Below are positions 1 to 8,012 of a DNA stretch of 64,000 nt, in pieces (the first letter of the stretch is position 1; each line of letters starts with the position of its first letter). A model generated the notes under the pieces. It was given only the letters and a program-made list of their open reading frames with translations, did not search any database and was not told the origin of the DNA. A program made the position numbers and the translations under genes. The DNA is taken from IMG/VR virus record IMGVR_UViG_3300021255_001592, one strand, 5' to 3'. This DNA is from an uncultured virus (IMG/VR IMGVR_UViG_3300021255_001592) (lineage: Duplodnaviria; Heunggongvirae; Uroviricota; Caudoviricetes; Crassvirales).

Positions 1-1
1 C

Positions 2-850
2 TCGATGACCGACTCCGGAAGGCCAGGGGGCGATGGAAAAATAATCGCTTTGGGATGGGACAACAACGGCCATTGGAATAGCCAGTTATATATAGCCTCT
101 TCGGATGTGGCGGCGACTTTAGCGGGCGGTCACATGAAATTACGTCACCAAAACGGTAGCGCATCCTCTTGGGGGGATTGGCTCTCAGTCGCCATGACTG
201 ATTCCAACGTTGCGTCTGCGACTAAACTTGAGACGGCCCGAAAGTTATGGGGACAGAACTTCGATGGGAGCGCGGATGTGAGTGGGGATATAACTCTCAC
301 CGTGGGAGCGAACGCCTCCATAGGGTCGGCATATACCGTCGGAAATCCTAACAAATACAACTTTATCACCTTCGGGAATGCCACGGAGGGTCTCACATAC
401 ACTTCCGGGTCGTGGACAAGCAATGCTGATGTCGAGGCTCATCGGTTCTATGTGGGCGATCCCTCGACCCTCGCTATGACTATCAAGAACTCCGGCAACG
501 TCGGCATCAACACGCCATCCCCGGCCTATAAGCTCGACGTGGCGGGAGACATCCGTGGAACATCAGTAACCACCACCCTCCAGACATCGCAGCCATCAGG
601 AGGAATGCTTCCCAATAGGGAGTACAAGTTAGGCACACTGTCATCAGCCACGACATTCACACTTGCAGCAGAAACATCTGGAGTGACAAACCATTATTTC
701 TGGACATTCGAGACTGGAAGTACAGCACCTACTATCACATGGCCAGCAGCTATAACAAGCTGGGCTGGAGGCAGTGCTCCATCTATAAATAGTAACAGAC
801 ACTATGAGGTCAGTGTCTTGAATGGTGTTGCTGTAGTATTGGAGGTATAG
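2..850 (+). CDS. tail fibre protein, C-terminal part (probably 5'-truncated by the window)
   Basis: Fibre motifs SATKLETARKLWGQNFDGSADVSG and GNVGINTPSPAYKLDVAG; frame is open to the window edge. Confidence 0.8.
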   Translation, partial: SMTDSGRPGGDGKIIALGWDNNGHWNSQLYIASSDVAATLAGGHMKLRHQNGSASSWGDWLSVAMTDSNVASATKLETARKLWGQNFDGSADVSGDITLTVGANASIGSAYTVGNPNKYNFITFGNATEGLTYTSGSWTSNADVEAHRFYVGDPSTLAMTIKNSGNVGINTPSPAYKLDVAGDIRGTSVTTTLQTSQPSGGMLPNREYKLGTLSSATTFTLAAETSGVTNHYFWTFETGSTAPTITWPAAITSWAGGSAPSINSNRHYEVSVLNGVAVVLEV

Positions 851-853
851 CGC

Positions 854-1624
854 ATGAACTTGTTTGAAAGACGCAGAAGATTTATAATGTCAAATCAGGA
901 AGGAGTTCTTCCTGACACGTTCACCTCATGCTCATATATAGAGGGAACAGGAAGTCAGTATATTTCTGTAAACTTTGATTATTGGATTTCAATAGAGGAT
1001 TTCTCTGTCAGCGCTCATGTTTATCACAACAAGGATATAAGCCGTGGGAGTTGGTTAGGTGAATATCCATTTAACGCTCTTTTTGGGACAGCTCCATTAT
1101 CCCTTGATTCAGGAAGTTTTCCGCCATTATATTTTGCTTTCAGAATGGGTTCTGGAGGTGTTGGCGAAGCTGGATTCAATGGAAAAAGGGTTATAGCTTA
1201 TGGTGATTTTTCACTTAACTATGATGACCTTGATTTCTCTCTGACTCAAGGAGAATATGAGATAAATTTCGGAGCTAAACAGTTTGGTTACTGGGATATA
1301 ATGAAACTCGACAGCGAGGGTGCTGGAGGTCCAATATACGGGACAACTGATAATTATGATAATGGTGTTATATACACCACAGCTATTGTAATTGGCGGAG
1401 GTGTGTATTACCAGGTGCCAACTGACGCTTCACATGTTGAGAGAGCACTGGTTTCGCCATTTGTCGGAAAGATATACGAATTTAAAATCTGGAATAAGAC
1501 ACGACTTGTGTGCCATCTTGTACCATGTAAGCGTAACTCTGATAATGTTTATGGTCTATATGACTTGGTGCAAAGAAAGTTTTACACTTCCGCTACAAAT
1601 TATGCTTATGCTGGAGGTAATTAA
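854..1624 (+). CDS. putative receptor-binding/tail-fibre tip protein (ConA/LamG-like beta-sandwich)
   Basis: N-terminal RRRR motif, YIEGTGSQYI start and GKIYEFKIW...LVPCKRNSDNVYGLYDLV end typical of phage fibre lectin-like domains; paralog of next gene. Confidence 0.65.
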   Translation: MNLFERRRRFIMSNQEGVLPDTFTSCSYIEGTGSQYISVNFDYWISIEDFSVSAHVYHNKDISRGSWLGEYPFNALFGTAPLSLDSGSFPPLYFAFRMGSGGVGEAGFNGKRVIAYGDFSLNYDDLDFSLTQGEYEINFGAKQFGYWDIMKLDSEGAGGPIYGTTDNYDNGVIYTTAIVIGGGVYYQVPTDASHVERALVSPFVGKIYEFKIWNKTRLVCHLVPCKRNSDNVYGLYDLVQRKFYTSATNYAYAGGN

Positions 1625-1641
1625 TCACTATGTGGTAAAAA

Positions 1642-2268
1642 ATGAATCTTAAAGCTCTCATATTAAGGCGTCGTTTCCATAAGAAGGATAATGGAGGCGT
1701 TTTACCCACTGGGTATAGGCGTCTGCCTTACGTCACTTGTGATAGCTCATACATAGATAGTGGTGTGTATGGAGATTTCAACACAAGGATTGATTGTCAT
1801 TTCATGCTTACCTCAAGATATCCTATAGGTAGTGGGCTTTTCGGCTCCTATGGCGAGAGTGGGCCTCACACATTACGTGTCGAGTTCATGTCACCGACAG
1901 CAAGTCAGACTGATATGGCACAGTTCTATTCCAACGCATTCAGGCTAACGGAGAATTTCCCGTTCAACAAGGAATGTCGTATATCAATGAACAGATATGG
2001 ACTCAGGGGTTCACGCTCGCATGGATGGTATCAAACACGTGGTACGACAGTATCAACTATATATGTTGGAGGCGTTAACATAACAGGGTTCGATAGTTAT
2101 ATTCGAGGATTTGCTGGAAGACTGTATGGTTGTGATATCTATTACATGGACACATTACAGAGAAGTTATGTTCCAGCATACTCTGAAGCTGATGACAAAT
2201 ACGGCTTATACGACACCGTGAATAACACGTTCTCTGAGTCTATAGGTGATAATCCGTTCTATGGTTGA
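1642..2268 (+). CDS. putative receptor-binding/tail-fibre tip protein (ConA/LamG-like), paralog of 854..1624
   Basis: LRRRF, LPTGYRRLPYV..SYIDSG, YVPAY...KYGLYDTVNNTF motifs. Confidence 0.65.
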   Translation: MNLKALILRRRFHKKDNGGVLPTGYRRLPYVTCDSSYIDSGVYGDFNTRIDCHFMLTSRYPIGSGLFGSYGESGPHTLRVEFMSPTASQTDMAQFYSNAFRLTENFPFNKECRISMNRYGLRGSRSHGWYQTRGTTVSTIYVGGVNITGFDSYIRGFAGRLYGCDIYYMDTLQRSYVPAYSEADDKYGLYDTVNNTFSESIGDNPFYG

Positions 2269-2297
2269 GAATATTTGATTGAAAAATTATAAGTGAC

Positions 2298-2858
2298 ATG
2301 TATTACAAGATTATTGACGGCAGAATGGTTTTTGACCCATGCAGGACAATCAGAACTGAGGATGGGGTTTGGATCAGCAATCCTACTGAGGAGCAGATAG
2401 CTGATGCCGGATGGCTTCCTTTTGTTCCGCCTGAGGTTGATCCACCAAAGATCACTGAGCCTGGATATGCTGAGATAGCTGAGGCTGTTAAGAAGATGCT
2501 TGCCTCAACAGCTGAGGAGTTGTCTGACGAGGAAGCTCTTGAGGTTGCCGCTGTATTCCCTACATGGATAAGCAAGATGGGATTACAGGTCAATGTTGGT
2601 GAGAGATACTGGTTCGATGGCAAGCTTTACAAGGTAGTGCAGGCTCATACTGTTCAGGAAGGCTGGACTCCTGATGTGACTCCGGCGTTGTTCACAGAGG
2701 TTAGCATAGCAGAGATACCTGAATGGAAACAACCTACTGGAGCGCAAGATGCCTATAACAAGGGAGATAAGGTCAAGCATAATGGCAAGACATGGGAGTC
2801 TAATGTGGACGCAAATGTTTGGGAACCAGGGGTTTATGGGTGGTCTGAAATAGCTTAG
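2298..2858 (+). CDS. tail-fibre-associated protein with CBM5/12-like carbohydrate-binding repeats
   Basis: Trp-rich repeats GERYWFDGKLYKVVQAHT and WKQPTGAQDAYNKGDKVKHNGKTWES..NVWEPGVYGW. Confidence 0.7.
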   Translation: MYYKIIDGRMVFDPCRTIRTEDGVWISNPTEEQIADAGWLPFVPPEVDPPKITEPGYAEIAEAVKKMLASTAEELSDEEALEVAAVFPTWISKMGLQVNVGERYWFDGKLYKVVQAHTVQEGWTPDVTPALFTEVSIAEIPEWKQPTGAQDAYNKGDKVKHNGKTWESNVDANVWEPGVYGWSEIA

Positions 2859-2862
2859 TATT

Positions 2863-3555
2863 ATGGCAGAGTCAACAAGATACCTTAATGACAAGGATGG
2901 AAACATTGTCTATCCTGTCACGAAGTCAAGAGCTTCCATCAATGATGACGGAAGCACTGTGGCGTCGTCACTGTCTAATATAAACTCAACCCTGAGTTCA
3001 CTTGGTGACACAGTAAGCTCAATGGGGAGTACAATCTCGCAACTTGACAACAACTATCAGCAAAAGCTGGTGTCAGGCACGAATATAAAGACAATCAACA
3101 ACCAGAGTCTTCTTGGTGACGGGAACATAGAGATACAAGGTGGAAGTGATGTTCCAGTAGATACATACGAACTTCTTGCCAACAAGGTGAACTCAGTCTC
3201 AGCCCAGAGCACAAGCACCCAATATCCTTCAGCGTCGGCTACCTATGTGGCTACAAATATACCTGTGGTTTCTACGATGCCTTCTGGTGGTATGGCGTCA
3301 AATGTCTTTTATGACCTTGGGGAGATAAGCGGAAGTGTCACATTCTCATTAGCCGCAGCTGTTGACTCTAATGTGTTTAATATCTGGACATGGAGGTTCT
3401 CCACAGGCAGCGTTGCTCCAACTGTAGTGTGGCCAAGTAATATACAGATGTGGGAGGGTGATGTTCCTGTTATTGAGGCCAGCATGGTGTATGAGATTTC
3501 GGTAATAGATGGATTAGCTGTCTGCCATAGTGGTGAGATTCCGTTAGGGACATAA
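2863..3555 (+). CDS. tail fibre protein
   Basis: QQKLVSGTNIKTINNQSLLGDGNI fibre motif, short coiled coil; C-terminal domain paralogous to that of the first ORF. Confidence 0.7.
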   Translation: MAESTRYLNDKDGNIVYPVTKSRASINDDGSTVASSLSNINSTLSSLGDTVSSMGSTISQLDNNYQQKLVSGTNIKTINNQSLLGDGNIEIQGGSDVPVDTYELLANKVNSVSAQSTSTQYPSASATYVATNIPVVSTMPSGGMASNVFYDLGEISGSVTFSLAAAVDSNVFNIWTWRFSTGSVAPTVVWPSNIQMWEGDVPVIEASMVYEISVIDGLAVCHSGEIPLGT

Positions 3556-3675
3556 AAATTGCGGATTATTGTATCTGTTCCACACTCCATTACTTGTCAT
3601 TGAGTATAATAAATGGTGTTATTATAAGCATGTAAAAAATTATGTTATTAATTTTGAATGGTATAATTATAATAC

Positions 3676-3684
3676 TAACTTTGT
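3676..3684 (+). promoter_or_regulatory. Bacteroidota-type -7 promoter element TAACTTTGT
   Basis: Matches TAnnTTTG in an AT-rich intergenic gap about 20 nt before the ATG at 3704. Confidence 0.65.
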
Positions 3685-3703
3685 ACAAGTAAAATGATTT
3701 AAG

Positions 3704-4087
3704 ATGGAACTGGGTGAAATAATAGGATATGGTCTTACTGCACTAGGGGGTGGAGGTATAGCGTCAATATTTAATTGGAGAATAAACAAGCGTAAGGCTA
3801 ATGCGGAGGTCAAAACTGATGAGCTTGAGAACCTTCGTAAGACAATGCAAGATTTCTACGACCCTCTTGTTAAAAAGCAAAATGAGCGTATTTCTGAGTT
3901 AGAGTCAGAGGTTAAGACTTTGAGGCAAGAGCGCAGGGATATGGAACTAGCATATCAAAAGCAAATTCAGGTTCTTCAGAAACAGATTGTTGAGATTACT
4001 AAGGCCCTTGGAATCAAGACCAGTGAAAGAGCTAGAGACGAGAAAACTGGAAGATATGTTAAAGATGAAAAGAATATCATGTTTTAG
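3704..4087 (+). CDS. putative holin-like protein (N-terminal TM + coiled coil)
   Basis: Hydrophobic IIGYGLTALGGGGIASIF followed by a long coiled coil. Confidence 0.5.
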   Translation: MELGEIIGYGLTALGGGGIASIFNWRINKRKANAEVKTDELENLRKTMQDFYDPLVKKQNERISELESEVKTLRQERRDMELAYQKQIQVLQKQIVEITKALGIKTSERARDEKTGRYVKDEKNIMF

Positions 4088-4098
4088 TATCTGACATT

Positions 4099-4233
4099 AT
4101 GGCAAAAAGAAGTAAAAGAAGTACTGGAAGAGTAAAGAAAGTATCTTCCTCAAGGCCTAAACCATTAGTTCCAAGGTCTGGATTTAGGGTTGATGGTTCA
4201 AGATATGGATGTGGAGGAAAAATTACCAAATAA
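4099..4233 (+). CDS. small basic protein, 44 aa (not in ORF track)
   Basis: Hand translation: MAKRSKRSTGRVKKVSSSRPKPLVPRSGFRVDGSRYGCGGKITK*; fills the gap between 4087 and the next gene. Confidence 0.7.
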   Translation: MAKRSKRSTGRVKKVSSSRPKPLVPRSGFRVDGSRYGCGGKITK

Positions 4234-4612
4234 AAGTCTTTATAAGATAACACTTTTTTTCTTAAAGTTAATACCGATGTTACTAGCAGCTTGTGCGTTA
4301 GTTAACACGGTATTTAGCTTTTATGGGATAAGGGCTGACGTGTTGTCTATGGTTGGAGGAGTGTCGTTGCTTGATTTGGCTTTTATATACTTGGCGTCTT
4401 TTGTGTTCAGATTTTGTATATATCACAGGATGTTTCTTCATTATGTTCTAATTACAGACATATTAAATATAACTGATTTCTATATAGGTATACCTCTAGA
4501 CAACAGAATGCTATTTGGCATGTATATAGCCATATCAGGAATATTCTTATTTATTATCCTTTATCTATATAAGAAAAGAAATGCTAAAAACAATACGGGC
4601 ACTGCTACTTAA
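4205..4612 (+). CDS. multi-pass membrane protein (about 4 TM)
   Basis: Four hydrophobic segments; ATG at 4205 preferred over TTG at 4190. Confidence 0.7.
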   Translation: MDVEEKLPNKSLYKITLFFLKLIPMLLAACALVNTVFSFYGIRADVLSMVGGVSLLDLAFIYLASFVFRFCIYHRMFLHYVLITDILNITDFYIGIPLDNRMLFGMYIAISGIFLFIILYLYKKRNAKNNTGTAT

Positions 4613-4865
4613 AATAGTAGATGATATTGATGCTGGTAATACCAACATTGAGGAAGACGAAGGGTTAAGGATAATAGGTCTTCTTAAGGAGCTTGCGAGA
4701 ACTGATGCTCCAATGAGCAAGTATCAAGCCTATACCTATCTTAATATAAGTAGAGCTACTTTTGATAACATGGTAAGAGAGGGAAAATTACCAAAAGGCA
4801 AAAAAGTTGCTGGATTCAAAGAGCTTCAGTGGTATAAGAAGGATCTAATGAAAGTTAGAAAATAA
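4581..4865 (+). CDS. excisionase/AlpA-like helix-turn-helix protein
   Basis: MSKYQAYTYLNISRATFDNMVREGKLPKG...W pattern of MerR/Xis-type HTH. Confidence 0.75.
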   Translation: MLKTIRALLLKIVDDIDAGNTNIEEDEGLRIIGLLKELARTDAPMSKYQAYTYLNISRATFDNMVREGKLPKGKKVAGFKELQWYKKDLMKVRK

Positions 4866-4883
4866 TTCAACTCATTACTATAA

Positions 4884-4918
4884 AAAACCCCTATCAGATG
4901 CATTCTGGTGGGGGTTTT
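4884..4918 (+). terminator. hairpin, possible intrinsic terminator or operator
   Basis: AAAACCCCTATCAGA-TGCAT-TCTGGTGGGGGTTTT inverted repeat with G:U pairs after the HTH gene. Confidence 0.55.
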
Positions 4919-4949
4919 AGCATTGTTGTCTTTACTAAGTCTGCCAATA

Positions 4950-4958
4950 TATTTTTGT
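4950..4958 (+). promoter_or_regulatory. Bacteroidota-type -7 promoter element TATTTTTGT
   Basis: TAnnTTTG match upstream of ATG 5006. Confidence 0.55.
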
Positions 4959-5005
4959 GTCAGAGTTGCGCGACTCATGGTTAAAAACACAAAAATTAAA
5001 AATTT

Positions 5006-5944
5006 ATGGCAGACGTTACGTATATTCCTGACCAGCAAGGTCAGGCAAACAACATCCTTCCTTGGATGCTTGCAGCCAATAATGGCGGTTTCGGAGGCTT
5101 TGGAGGCAATGGCTTCGGAGGCGGAGTCCTTGGTTTTATCCTTGGTCTTCTCTTTGGTAATGGTTGGGGTGGTTTTGGCAATGGTTTTGGAGGTTTTGGT
5201 GGAGGAGCTGGTGCTGGCTTCTTATCCAACCAAATCAACAATGACAATGGTCGTGACCTGTTGATGCAGGCTATCACCTCTCAAGGTGAGGCTGCTCGTA
5301 CAGCTACCCAGAGCCTTTCTACAATGCTTGGGCAGGACTTCAATCTTGTCAACAGCGCTATTCAAACAGTCCAGTCAAGTCTCTCTTCACTTGCTCTTCA
5401 GCAGGCTGTTTCTGTTCCTCAGCTCATTAATTCCATTCAGAGTGGTAATGCGTCTCTTGCTGCACAGCTTTGTGATTGCTGCTGCAAGACTCAGCAGAAC
5501 ATCATTACACAAGGCTTTGAGTCTAGGATTCAGAATATGGAGCAGACTCAGACTCTTGGTACTGCTGTTACTGGAAGTGGGCAAAGGACAGTTGACGCTA
5601 TCGCTGACCTCAAGACCACTATGGTTAAGGAGTTCTGTGATGCCAAGGAGCGTGATATGCAAGAGAAGATTGATGGGCTTCTTGCGGCTAATTCCACACT
5701 TCGTTCTCAGATTGACAACGCCAATCAGACTGCGGCTATCACCAACTATGTCAATGGTCTCGTAAGCCCTATAGCCAAAGAGGTTGATGACATCAAGTGC
5801 AGGATGCCTCAGACTGTCCCTGTGACTTGGCCTAATCTCGCTGCTGTGAACACCACTCCTTATGTGAGCGGAGGCTATTATCAGGGCGGATTCAATGGCT
5901 TCTATAGCCCAGGTGTTGGCGGATTTGGTGGTTTCACTTTCTAA
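5006..5944 (+). CDS. Gly-rich membrane-anchored coiled-coil protein with CDCCC motif (uncharacterised phage family)
   Basis: GGFGGFGG repeats flanking a TM helix, LCDCCCKTQQNI motif, coiled coil, strong codon bias. Confidence 0.8.
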   Translation: MADVTYIPDQQGQANNILPWMLAANNGGFGGFGGNGFGGGVLGFILGLLFGNGWGGFGNGFGGFGGGAGAGFLSNQINNDNGRDLLMQAITSQGEAARTATQSLSTMLGQDFNLVNSAIQTVQSSLSSLALQQAVSVPQLINSIQSGNASLAAQLCDCCCKTQQNIITQGFESRIQNMEQTQTLGTAVTGSGQRTVDAIADLKTTMVKEFCDAKERDMQEKIDGLLAANSTLRSQIDNANQTAAITNYVNGLVSPIAKEVDDIKCRMPQTVPVTWPNLAAVNTTPYVSGGYYQGGFNGFYSPGVGGFGGFTF

Positions 5945-5955
5945 AATCCTGAGCT

Positions 5956-6303
5956 ATGTTTGGATGCAATATCAATGTCACGATGAATGTCAACGGCATC
6001 CCCTACTTAACCACAACTGGTGTGTCGGTAAATGCTGAGTCCGTTGACTTCTCGCTTGGGTTCAGGAGGATACCTAAAATAAGTGAGATCGCTATACGTA
6101 TCGCCAATGCGATACCTGAGGGAACTACTGGTACTCTTCCTATCAGGTTCACGCTGAATGGCAATACCAGGGAACTCACATTCTTTGGAGGAAATCCTGT
6201 AACAGCTGCGGATCTTACTGGGACTGGCATTATCAAAGTACAATATGACTGGTTCAATGGTATTTTCCAGCTTAGTTCAGCTCTTGCTCCAGCAACAGCA
6301 TAG
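5956..6303 (+). CDS. hypothetical beta-rich protein of the Gly-rich cassette
   Basis: 115-aa ORF directly downstream, same strand. Confidence 0.75.
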   Translation: MFGCNINVTMNVNGIPYLTTTGVSVNAESVDFSLGFRRIPKISEIAIRIANAIPEGTTGTLPIRFTLNGNTRELTFFGGNPVTAADLTGTGIIKVQYDWFNGIFQLSSALAPATA

Positions 6304-6325
6304 TTAATCTTTAATAGTTAAAATC

Positions 6326-6820
6326 ATGTTTCAAGCACTTACACAGGGTATGCCCCTTTATATTTTGTATAAGAATGAGCCCAGAGTTGACGACGCTAGA
6401 ATAATATCAGTAAACACACACCCGCAGCAAGCTACGCCAACAAATCCGATGGCTATACTGAATGGGCCTGTGACTGACATAGTGGTATCTGTTGATGGCA
6501 AGACTCTTCCTCCTTTTCAAGGCTTGCAGCCTAGTGCAATGATAGCCACTTTCTCATCAGAAGGTATGGTCATAAGTGAGGATAAGACACTTATTGACAA
6601 TGAGATTAAGTCTCTTGAGGAGAGTCATCAAAGAATAGTTGATGGTTATGAATCAAGTAAAGAAATGGTTGAAAAATGTAAGGCATTAAGACTTAAGATA
6701 AACCCTGATAAACAAAAAGAAGCGGCTCATGCACAAGAGATAGCAAGACTTCAAGGAGAAATATCAGAAATGAAGCAATTGCTCATGCAAGCGCTTGGAA
6801 CTAAAATAAAAGAGGATTAG
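6326..6820 (+). CDS. hypothetical protein with C-terminal coiled coil
   Basis: 164-aa ORF in cassette. Confidence 0.75.
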   Translation: MFQALTQGMPLYILYKNEPRVDDARIISVNTHPQQATPTNPMAILNGPVTDIVVSVDGKTLPPFQGLQPSAMIATFSSEGMVISEDKTLIDNEIKSLEESHQRIVDGYESSKEMVEKCKALRLKINPDKQKEAAHAQEIARLQGEISEMKQLLMQALGTKIKED

Positions 6821-6823
6821 AAA

Positions 6824-7039
6824 ATGGGACTTATTAGAATAATGGAACGTGGTGGCGATGATTATCGTGACTACAAGAAGGCTCTAAAAATGGCCAAGAA
6901 ATCCATTGATACTCTTTGTGAGCTCACTGAGGATATGGAAAGTGAGTATGGATACGGAGAGCGTTATGGAGAAAGGTATGGTGACAGAGAGGATATGGAA
7001 GAGCGTGGCAGAAGCTACAGCAGGAGGCGCTCTATGTAA
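6824..7039 (+). CDS. small charged protein with YGER repeats
   Basis: YGYGERYGERYGDR repeat, Arg-rich C-terminus. Confidence 0.7.
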   Translation: MGLIRIMERGGDDYRDYKKALKMAKKSIDTLCELTEDMESEYGYGERYGERYGDREDMEERGRSYSRRRSM

Positions 7040-7046
7040 TTAACAA

Positions 7047-7074
7047 GGGGAGGGCTTTTTGCTCTCCCCATTTT
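7047..7074 (+). terminator. intrinsic terminator
   Basis: GGGGAGGGC-TTTTT-GCTCTCCCC followed by ATTTT. Confidence 0.7.
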
Positions 7075-7084
7075 ACTATATGTT

Positions 7085-7489
7085 ATGAATAGATTAGATT
7101 ATTACGATATATTGCCAGCTGGTATGGAAGCATACCTTGCTGCTCACGGAAGACACTTTTCTAAACCTATGTTAGAATGGGCTGTAAGCCTGATGAAAGA
7201 CAGGCGGGGGAATAAAGGTGTGGCTATTGAAAAGAAGCAGTTTGATGATGTCATGAAAGCATACAATCTTGAAATAGAAAGAAAGGATGGCTTTTATGAT
7301 GGTCCCTATGTATGGGCTATGGCTAAAAGTGATTACATGGGATCATCTATAACTGATGAGAGGCATCTTGCTTTATTTGTGAAAGATTATATAGATGACA
7401 TTGACGGCAACGAAACCAGAGCTTTCGATGAGTTCTATATTAATTGTGTGGCTAAAGGTGTAGACATTCCTTGGGAGGATATTATATAA
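7085..7489 (+). CDS. conserved hypothetical phage protein
   Basis: 134-aa ORF with YLAAHGRHFS and GVDIPWEDII motifs. Confidence 0.75.
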   Translation: MNRLDYYDILPAGMEAYLAAHGRHFSKPMLEWAVSLMKDRRGNKGVAIEKKQFDDVMKAYNLEIERKDGFYDGPYVWAMAKSDYMGSSITDERHLALFVKDYIDDIDGNETRAFDEFYINCVAKGVDIPWEDII

Positions 7490-7490
7490 C

Positions 7491-7889
7491 ATGGAACATA
7501 AGAATTTAACTATAGGAAGATGGAATGTGGATTTCCTCTTTGCTCCAGACGAATATGATACTGAGGAGGCATTGACATACTTATACTATGCTGATGCGTC
7601 AGACCACATAATGAGAAAAGCATATCATATACTAGAAGCGAATCAGGAGAACACTGGATTCACATTCACAAATAAGGATTCTAGAGAGGCTGTAGTAGTT
7701 ATAGGCCCAACCTCATCTGGCAAAGAATTCATAAACACATTATGTCATGAGGTTTATCATGTGGCTGTAGCTATAGCTGAAGGTTTAGGAGTAAGTTTGT
7801 CTGGGGAAAATCCCGCATATATAACTGGTGAGTCTATGATGGAACTGGCACAGATAATATGTAAACTGGGGTGCCAAGAGTGTAACTGA
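7491..7889 (+). CDS. putative zincin-like metallopeptidase
   Basis: TLCHEVYHVA (HExxH) plus downstream ENPAY glutamate. Confidence 0.6.
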   Translation: MEHKNLTIGRWNVDFLFAPDEYDTEEALTYLYYADASDHIMRKAYHILEANQENTGFTFTNKDSREAVVVIGPTSSGKEFINTLCHEVYHVAVAIAEGLGVSLSGENPAYITGESMMELAQIICKLGCQECN

Positions 7890-7976
7890 CAAAATGAAAT
7901 TGTCTTCAGTTGAATAATTTTATTATATAGTAATTATAAAAATTATTATCATAGACTACTTTAAGTTGATTGACCC

Positions 7977-7985
7977 TATATTTGT
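7977..7985 (+). promoter_or_regulatory. Bacteroidota-type -7 promoter element TATATTTGT
   Basis: TAnnTTTG match in intergenic gap before 8013. Confidence 0.65.
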
Positions 7986-8012
7986 ATGCGGTCTATTAAT
8001 TTAAGGTAGTCT

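Noticed and set aside
1..3555. Diversity-generating retroelement acting on fibre tips
   Set aside because: No reverse transcriptase and no near-identical template/variable repeat pair seen in the window; paralogs are diverged at all base types
5080..5220. Repeat array or CRISPR-like repeats
   Set aside because: Imperfect GGT/GGC/TTT repeats simply encode the GGFGG tracts of the protein; no spacers
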